The translations under genes and the position numbers were made by a program. Source: Candidatus Saganbacteria bacterium (GTDB taxonomy: Bacteria > Margulisbacteria > WOR-1 > JAKLHX01). From it: DNA of 32,000 bases. The notes below the pieces were generated by a model. It worked only from the letters and a program-made list of their open reading frames with translations, was not told the DNA's origin and ran no database searches. Position 1 is the stretch's first letter; each line of letters starts with the position of its first letter. Shown here one piece after another: positions 24,843 to 30,381 of this stretch. Where the stretch lies: contig JAPLKZ010000012.1 of the NCBI GenBank assembly GCA_026387835.1, forward strand, positions 1 to 32,000, written 5' to 3'.

Positions 24843-25787
24843 TTACGCGTCCTTTTTTTTGTTCATATTATCAAAACTTGATATCAGATCGAGGAGACGG
24901 TATTTGTTTATTTTACAGGAAAACGAAGGGATCATATAGTCGATGTCCGCGCAACCGGCACACGCGTCCATCCTTCCTTCCAGTTTTTTATACCCTTTTA
25001 TTATATCCGAGTTCATGACCTTCTCAAGTTTCCCGTCTATAGGTATCCTTGCCTGAAAGGAATTTATGCACGGAAGTATCAGATGGTCGTCCGGCGAGAT
25101 CGTGACCGTGGTCTCAAGCGCCCTGCATACAGGCTTGTTCTTGTCGTTGCCTCCGTGCTTCAATAATTCCATGACGGCCCTGTTCATCTCGACATTCTTT
25201 CTCCGCGCATACCTCAGGATATAATCCACCGATATCTTTTCAAAGCCTTCAAACCCGAAAAAATGGTGGACGGGATTTATTCTCAGGGTCACGCCGCTGT
25301 GCTGCGCGAGGTCCACCATTTCCGGAAGAGATCTCACGCTGTCGCGCGTGACCGTGAAATTTATCTTTACGTCCATGCCCATTTTTTTTGCCAGGGAAAT
25401 GCCGGCAACGGCTTCGGCGTAGCATTCCTGCCCTCTTATCCTGTTATGTTCTTCTTCGCCGGGAGCGTCAAGCGGTATATAAAGCTCGTCAAGGAGGCCT
25501 TTCATCTCACACAGCTTTTCCGGATGATCAAGTCCGCCGGTAAAAAGAGCAACATGCAATCCCTTTTTCTTGGCGATGGACAGGATATCCTTGATGTCAT
25601 GACGCAGCAGGGGCTCGCCTCCGGTAAAATTTACTGACTTGACCCCGAGCTTGACGAGTGAATCGAGGTTCTTTTCTATTGTATAGATGCCCGCTTCTTC
25701 GACCCCCTCGAATTCGCTGTCATTTGAAATGCGGCAGAACTCGCACCGGCAGCTGCATCTGTAAGTGAGATAATAATGGCATATCAT
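24843..25787 (-). CDS. radical SAM protein with a C-terminal Cys-rich (twitch/SPASM-like) region; substrate unknown
   Basis: CxxxCxxC almost at the N-terminus ('MICHYYLTYRCSCRCEFC'), 'NFTGGEPLL', and C-terminal cysteines in 'CRALE...LPCINS...DACAGCADIDYMIPSFSC'. ATGA overlap with the upstream MFS gene. Confidence 0.8.
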   Translation of the reverse strand: MICHYYLTYRCSCRCEFCRISNDSEFEGVEEAGIYTIEKNLDSLVKLGVKSVNFTGGEPLLRHDIKDILSIAKKKGLHVALFTGGLDHPEKLCEMKGLLDELYIPLDAPGEEEHNRIRGQECYAEAVAGISLAKKMGMDVKINFTVTRDSVRSLPEMVDLAQHSGVTLRINPVHHFFGFEGFEKISVDYILRYARRKNVEMNRAVMELLKHGGNDKNKPVCRALETTVTISPDDHLILPCINSFQARIPIDGKLEKVMNSDIIKGYKKLEGRMDACAGCADIDYMIPSFSCKINKYRLLDLISSFDNMNKKKDA

Positions 25788-27037
25788 ACCGTTCGGAGTT
25801 TTGGCACCAGAATGCTGAGTAAGCCCGATAACAGGATTATAAGTCCGAGAGCAAGTATCGCCCTGTCCAGGCCGAAATAGTCGGCTATGAGGCCGAATAC
25901 GACCACAGGTATCGTGAACGCGAAGTTGATAAGCATGTTCTGTATCCCGAATACCCTTCCCCTCAGGGACCTCGGAGTTTTGTGCTGAATTATGGTTTGT
26001 ATAGTCGCATTGATCAATATATTACCGAAACCGAGTATGAAGCAGTACAAAAAAGCAAGAAAGACGTTCCTGGTAAATGCCAGCAGGATAAGGACTGTCC
26101 CGGAAGAGATGAAGCCTATAAAGACTATGATGTTTTTTTTGAAATAGTGGCTCAATTTTCCGAGAGCCAGCATGCCGAGCATCATTCCCGCCCCCGTAAA
26201 AATGACCAGATAACCGAAATTCCTCGCGCCGATGCCGATATATTGTTCGGCAAACTGTATCGCGAGCATGCATATCACGGCAAGGCCCGAGGTTATCACC
26301 ATCATCTTCAGCAGCGAATATCTGACGACAACGTTCCTTCTTATGAACTCAAAACCCATTAGCAGGTCATGTTTCACGCTTTTTATAGAGTATCTTTTCT
26401 CCCTGGCGCCGTCCTTATGCGGCACCATGAATACCGCAAGCGCTGATATGAAATAAAGCATCGCCGCGATCGCAAAGGTCACTTCCTCTCCGAATATTAT
26501 GACAAGCGGAGCTCCGATGCCGAACCCTATTACAGAGCTCCACATCCACGTGGTCATGAAAAGCGAATTTGCCACGATAAGGTTCTCCCTCTCGACGACC
26601 TCGGTAAGGAGCGACGCCTCCGCCGGAGCGAAGAACTGGGCTATCGTGTAGATCAGAAGGCTTACAAGGAAAATAGTGAAAAGAGATCTTTGCAGAAGAA
26701 AGATCATCAGGATTATCAGGATACCCCTCAGTATGTCAGACATCACCATGGTCTTCTTTCTCTGCCACCTGTCCACATATACGCCGGCGAACGAAGCGAA
26801 CAGCACGGAGGGGATGCCGAAAGAGAGCATGGGGACCGAGACCCCGAGATTGGTCTTTGTGAGATTGTAGGCAACTATGACAAGCACATATATGTATATC
26901 CTGTCGGCCATCTGGGAAAGGACCTGACCTATCCAGAGACAGACAAATGATCTGTTCTTTAACACGGCGCTGAATCTTGGCGGGATTACAGGCTTTTCCA
27001 AAGGCGGATATCCTTTCCTAAGTGGTCGGACAGGCAC
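25784..27037 (-). CDS. MFS transporter (12-TM, MFS_3/DUF894-like exporter type)
   Basis: 417 aa, hydrophobic throughout. 'NRSFVCLWIGQVLSQMADR' N-terminal motif and 'VYVDRWQRKK' loop 2-3 motif. Confidence 0.8.
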   Translation of the reverse strand: MPVRPLRKGYPPLEKPVIPPRFSAVLKNRSFVCLWIGQVLSQMADRIYIYVLVIVAYNLTKTNLGVSVPMLSFGIPSVLFASFAGVYVDRWQRKKTMVMSDILRGILIILMIFLLQRSLFTIFLVSLLIYTIAQFFAPAEASLLTEVVERENLIVANSLFMTTWMWSSVIGFGIGAPLVIIFGEEVTFAIAAMLYFISALAVFMVPHKDGAREKRYSIKSVKHDLLMGFEFIRRNVVVRYSLLKMMVITSGLAVICMLAIQFAEQYIGIGARNFGYLVIFTGAGMMLGMLALGKLSHYFKKNIIVFIGFISSGTVLILLAFTRNVFLAFLYCFILGFGNILINATIQTIIQHKTPRSLRGRVFGIQNMLINFAFTIPVVVFGLIADYFGLDRAILALGLIILLSGLLSILVPKLRTV

Positions 27038-27597
27038 GGGATAAGGATCTTGTCGATATGTATAAGGTCCGACGCGGAAAAATGAGAGGCGTCAAAATCT
27101 CCGTTTTTCATCTGTCCGACGCATTGTCTTTCGTTCATTGAGAACTCCTGCAAAGGCAATATCCCTTCAAGGTCGGCAAACTTGACGTCGAACATCCTGG
27201 TCACGAGCAATGGTAAAACCCCCGATTTCAGCATGAAGAACGAATCGGTCACGAGATCGAACAGCGCCTCGTTCTTTACCCCGTCCTCGAGGAAAGATGT
27301 CACGACCTTTATTATATACATTGCCGCCTGAAAAGTATGTTCTTCCTCCCTTATTGTGTGGAAAGTCTCTATTGTCTCTATCTGCGACAGGATGTCAAGG
27401 TTTTTTCCTTTTGCGAGGAATATCTGATTGTAAGAGAACGGCTCAAGCCTTGCCCCGAACTTGCTCGATGTCTTGAGCGCCGACTTTGCTATCGCGCTGA
27501 CCTTTCCGTGGGTCCTGGCAAAAAAGGTCACAAGCTTGTCGGCCTCTCCGAATCTCACGGACCTCAGCGTCACCGCTTCCGTCTTATAGAATGCCAT
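26986..27597 (-). CDS. recO: DNA repair protein RecO
   Basis: 'YKTEAVTLRSVRFGEADKLVTFFARTHGKVSAIAKSALKTSSKFGARLEPFS' OB-fold N-terminus and a helical C-terminal half. Start set at ATG 27597 (the ORF track uses GTG 27618). Confidence 0.8.
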   Translation of the reverse strand: MAFYKTEAVTLRSVRFGEADKLVTFFARTHGKVSAIAKSALKTSSKFGARLEPFSYNQIFLAKGKNLDILSQIETIETFHTIREEEHTFQAAMYIIKVVTSFLEDGVKNEALFDLVTDSFFMLKSGVLPLLVTRMFDVKFADLEGILPLQEFSMNERQCVGQMKNGDFDASHFSASDLIHIDKILIPCLSDHLGKDIRLWKSL

Positions 27598-27608
27598 TAT
27601 TTGAATAA

Positions 27609-27638
27609 ACTTTAACACGATGGGTCAAGTATAGTCAA
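27609..27638 (-). promoter_or_regulatory. candidate promoter TTGACT-18-TAAAGT, 11 nt upstream of the recO ATG
   Basis: The minus strand reads TTGACT (27638..27633), an 18-nt spacer, TAAAGT (27614..27609), then ttattcaaata-ATG. No Shine-Dalgarno. Confidence 0.4.
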
Positions 27639-27674
27639 CCCGATCTTAGCTCTATTATAAGATGTAATTGAGCC

Positions 27675-27704
27675 TTGACTTAAGGAGCGGGACTATGCTA
27701 TTTT
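27675..27704 (+). promoter_or_regulatory. weak candidate promoter TTGACT-18-TATTTT, 10 nt upstream of the second response-regulator ATG
   Basis: TTGACT at 27675..27680 and TATTTT at 27699..27704. The spacer contains AAGGAG followed by an 11-codon upstream ORF (27695..27730). Confidence 0.25.
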
Positions 27705-27714
27705 TAGAACTGCA

Positions 27715-28101
27715 ATGGCAAAGATCCTGATGGTCGATGATGAAGTTAACATCCTCAAGATAGCCGGCACGATGCTTGAAAGATCGGGACATACTGTCAT
27801 CCTGGCGGCGAGCGGAGAAGAAGCCCTTGAAAAAGCAAAAGCAGACCCGCCTGACCTGATACTTCTTGACCGCAGCATGCCCGGGATGGGCGGGACTGAG
27901 GTCTTAAGCTCTCTCAGGGATCAAAAAGCCCTGAACAAGATACCGGTGATATTTTTGACGGCCCAGGACTCTGAATCCGAGATGATAGAGGGCTTAAGGG
28001 GCGGGGCTGTCGATTACATCACAAAACCGTTCAATATGGACGATCTCAGGGACAGGGTCGAATTTGTTCTGAAAAAATACACTCCGAAGCCTATATTATA
28101 A
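27715..28101 (+). CDS. stand-alone receiver-domain response regulator (CheY-like)
   Basis: 'KILMVDDE', 'LLDRSMPGMGG', 'IFLTAQ' and 'YITKPF'. 128 aa, REC only. Confidence 0.85.
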   Translation: MAKILMVDDEVNILKIAGTMLERSGHTVILAASGEEALEKAKADPPDLILLDRSMPGMGGTEVLSSLRDQKALNKIPVIFLTAQDSESEMIEGLRGGAVDYITKPFNMDDLRDRVEFVLKKYTPKPIL

Positions 28102-28546
28102 AATCCGGGTCCTCTTCCGCGACATCCTTTTTACCGTTTATTTCTATGACAACCGTATCTGTTTTCTTTACATCCACGTATTTCCTGAATACGATGTCCC
28201 TTCCGCTGTAAGCTTCAACAAGGTGCCTTCCCGGCCTTACCGCTTCGACCGTCAACGGCGCTTTCCCTATGATATCCTCGTCGATGTATATATCGAGGAC
28301 CTTATGGGAAGTGACAAATATGGCGCCGGAATCTTTTTGAGGAAGTACTGATCTTTTCTTCACCTTGATCGTCTGTTTTTTATTGGTTCCTATTTTGCGT
28401 GCCTTTTTTATTTTTACCTTTTTCAATTGTACGGCTTTTTTACTGTTCCTGCACGCAGTTTTCTTTGCGGTCGCGTCAGCAGGCAGATACACCGCGATCG
28501 ATGACAGCATGAAAACTGCCAATAAGATCATTTTTAGTGCTTTCAT
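28091..28546 (-). CDS. exported protein with a Lys-rich linker and a C-terminal PEGA-like beta domain
   Basis: Signal peptide 'MKALKMILLAVFMLSSIAVYLPADA', a K-rich stretch, then 'IFVTSHKVLDIYIDEDIIGKAPLTVEAVRPGRHLVEAY', which resembles PEGA domains. Confidence 0.5.
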   Translation of the reverse strand: MKALKMILLAVFMLSSIAVYLPADATAKKTACRNSKKAVQLKKVKIKKARKIGTNKKQTIKVKKRSVLPQKDSGAIFVTSHKVLDIYIDEDIIGKAPLTVEAVRPGRHLVEAYSGRDIVFRKYVDVKKTDTVVIEINGKKDVAEEDPDFII

Positions 28547-28549
28547 ATG

Positions 28550-28646
28550 CTCTACCCCCTCTATTAATATATCGTCAATTTTTGAGCGGAATTTCTCTTA
28601 AAATGTGAGGGGGCTGAGATTTGAAGTATAGATGACGGGGGTAGAG
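28550..28646 (-). promoter_or_regulatory. 10-nt perfect inverted repeat able to sequester the Shine-Dalgarno of the PEGA-like gene
   Basis: In the mRNA sense, CUCUACCCCC (28646..28637) is complementary to GGGGGUAGAG (28559..28550). The latter contains the GAGGGGG Shine-Dalgarno just upstream of AUG 28546. A second anti-SD-like GCCCCCUC lies at 28614..28607. Confidence 0.3.
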
Positions 28647-28657
28647 TACAGAAACGC

Positions 28658-28942
28658 CTATTCTACTTTGACCCAGCCTTCGTACTCGTGATATCCGAGA
28701 AAATTATAAGATATCCTTGCTTTGTACCATTTACGGTCCGGGGTACAGCCCAGGATCCTGATCCCGATGGGAATGTCGAAATTTGATCTTGCCCCGTCTT
28801 TTGGCTCTTTTAACAGTCTGTTGATCTGGGCGTTAAGCATTATGAAATCCTTTTTTTCGGACTCGTTCGTGCCGGCTGATAATCTGAACGCGACAAAACC
28901 GGTGATTATTATCAAAAGCATGACTATCAATGTCTTTTTCAT
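28658..28942 (-). CDS. small membrane-anchored or secreted protein, possible SH3b-like C-terminus
   Basis: 94 aa. N-terminal hydrophobic helix 'LIVMLLIIITGFVAF'. The C-terminus 'IRILGCTPDRKWYKARISYNFLGYHEYEGWVKV' resembles bacterial SH3 domains. No family assigned. Confidence 0.4.
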   Translation of the reverse strand: MKKTLIVMLLIIITGFVAFRLSAGTNESEKKDFIMLNAQINRLLKEPKDGARSNFDIPIGIRILGCTPDRKWYKARISYNFLGYHEYEGWVKVE

Positions 28943-28962
28943 GTATTTCCCTAATTCAGTGC

Positions 28963-30369
28963 TTAGCGCTTAAAGCTTATTATAAACCTTGCACCCTTCC
29001 CTGGCTCACTGTCAACTTCAATTTTACCACCAAAGCTTTCTATTATGCCCGCGGCTACCGCGAGGCCCACTCCCGATCCTCTCTCTTTTTGAGAAAAGAA
29101 CGGCTCGAATATCCTGGGAAGATCCTCTTTTTTTATACCTATTCCCGTATCGGATATTTCGACCGATACTGCATCGATCGTCACGCGCAGATCCCCGCCG
29201 GAAGGCATGGCCTGCATGGAATTCAAGATGATATTGAAAAATGCCTGCGACAGGAGAGCCCTGTCAGCTTTGATCTTTATTGGTGAAATAGTGCTTTTTT
29301 CGATGACAATACCCGCTTTCTCGCACGGTATCCTGATAATGAACAGGATATCATCGATCATTTCGTCTATATTGACATCTTCCTGGTTTGCCTGCAGCCC
29401 GCCTGCCGCGGAAGAACTTTTGACGAACCTGATCAGTTTTTCAATGGCGCCGTTTATCTTCTCGATCTGTCTGGGGACGATATCATTGAATGAAGCAATA
29501 AAGTCCTTGTCGTGGATGTTCTCGGGAAGTACCTGGACCATACCTTTTATGGCTGTCAGCGGATTTTTTATCTCGTGTGCGATCGATGCCGCTACCACCC
29601 CGATAGCCGCCATATTTTCGTAGTGTATCGAATTGAGCCGCGAGTTTCCCGGATTTAATGAATTTAAAAGCGGATACAAGATCCCTTTCCGCAGGACGAT
29701 ATTGATATCCAGCAGGTTATGCCTCACGATGGCATAAGCCGCGATAAAAAGATAGAAAGGCACGATGAATATGCCGTATGGATAGACATCCGCGCCGAAA
29801 GCCGGCAAAAACCACAGGACGCCTCCTCCGAATCCGATAATGGAGGCCAGTATTATATATGCGGTCTGGTTGCGCCTGGTGCCGCTCGAGTGCCGGTATT
29901 CAAAGACGAGATCCGTAAAAGCGGCCGCGACTGCCGCGGCAAATACCATTATGAAAAAAATATAGACCGGGCCTCCTTGAGGATAGAACCTGAAATATTT
30001 TGTCGCAATAAGGTCGTTTATAAAATAGTGCGTAGGCAAAAAGAGCAGGATCGACATCGAAAGCGCGGCAAATATGGATATTATCGGCTTTCTTTGCCCG
30101 ATCTTATCCAGAAAGGCGTATACAAAAAGCATAAAAACGACCGGGATCAAGACCGCGGCGGCAAGATTGACCCTGGTCCAAAAAAGCACTGCATCTTTTG
30201 AGATCGATATCTCGCCCATGAACTGGCCAAAGCACCAGACCGAAAATACAGTATTATACAGGGCTAGAAATACAGCCGCGGGCCTTGTCTTCCCGTAAAC
30301 ATATACCAACAGCGCAAACCCGGCCCCCAGGACCGAGAGCAAAAGAAGCAGGAACGGATAAATTGACAT
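28963..30369 (-). CDS. sensor histidine kinase with an N-terminal 7TM sensor domain (complete HisKA and HATPase_c)
   Basis: Seven predicted TM helices ending '...AYAIVRHNLLDINIVL'. H-box 'SIAHEIKNPLTAIKG', N-box 'NIILNSMQAM', G1 'DTGIGI', F 'FEPFF' and G2 'GSGVGLAV'. Confidence 0.9.
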   Translation of the reverse strand: MSIYPFLLLLLSVLGAGFALLVYVYGKTRPAAVFLALYNTVFSVWCFGQFMGEISISKDAVLFWTRVNLAAAVLIPVVFMLFVYAFLDKIGQRKPIISIFAALSMSILLFLPTHYFINDLIATKYFRFYPQGGPVYIFFIMVFAAAVAAAFTDLVFEYRHSSGTRRNQTAYIILASIIGFGGGVLWFLPAFGADVYPYGIFIVPFYLFIAAYAIVRHNLLDINIVLRKGILYPLLNSLNPGNSRLNSIHYENMAAIGVVAASIAHEIKNPLTAIKGMVQVLPENIHDKDFIASFNDIVPRQIEKINGAIEKLIRFVKSSSAAGGLQANQEDVNIDEMIDDILFIIRIPCEKAGIVIEKSTISPIKIKADRALLSQAFFNIILNSMQAMPSGGDLRVTIDAVSVEISDTGIGIKKEDLPRIFEPFFSQKERGSGVGLAVAAGIIESFGGKIEVDSEPGKGARFIISFKR

Positions 30370-30381
30370 TTTATTTAATGA

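Noticed and set aside
27695-27730. 11-codon upstream ORF (MLFLELQWQRS) with a strong AAGGAG 7 nt upstream, overlapping the REC regulator start and ending in TGATG
   Set aside because: It is too short to assess without conservation data. Coupled re-initiation at the internal ATG (27730) would delete beta-strand 1 of the receiver domain. It is probably a chance ORF, noted only as a possible leader peptide.
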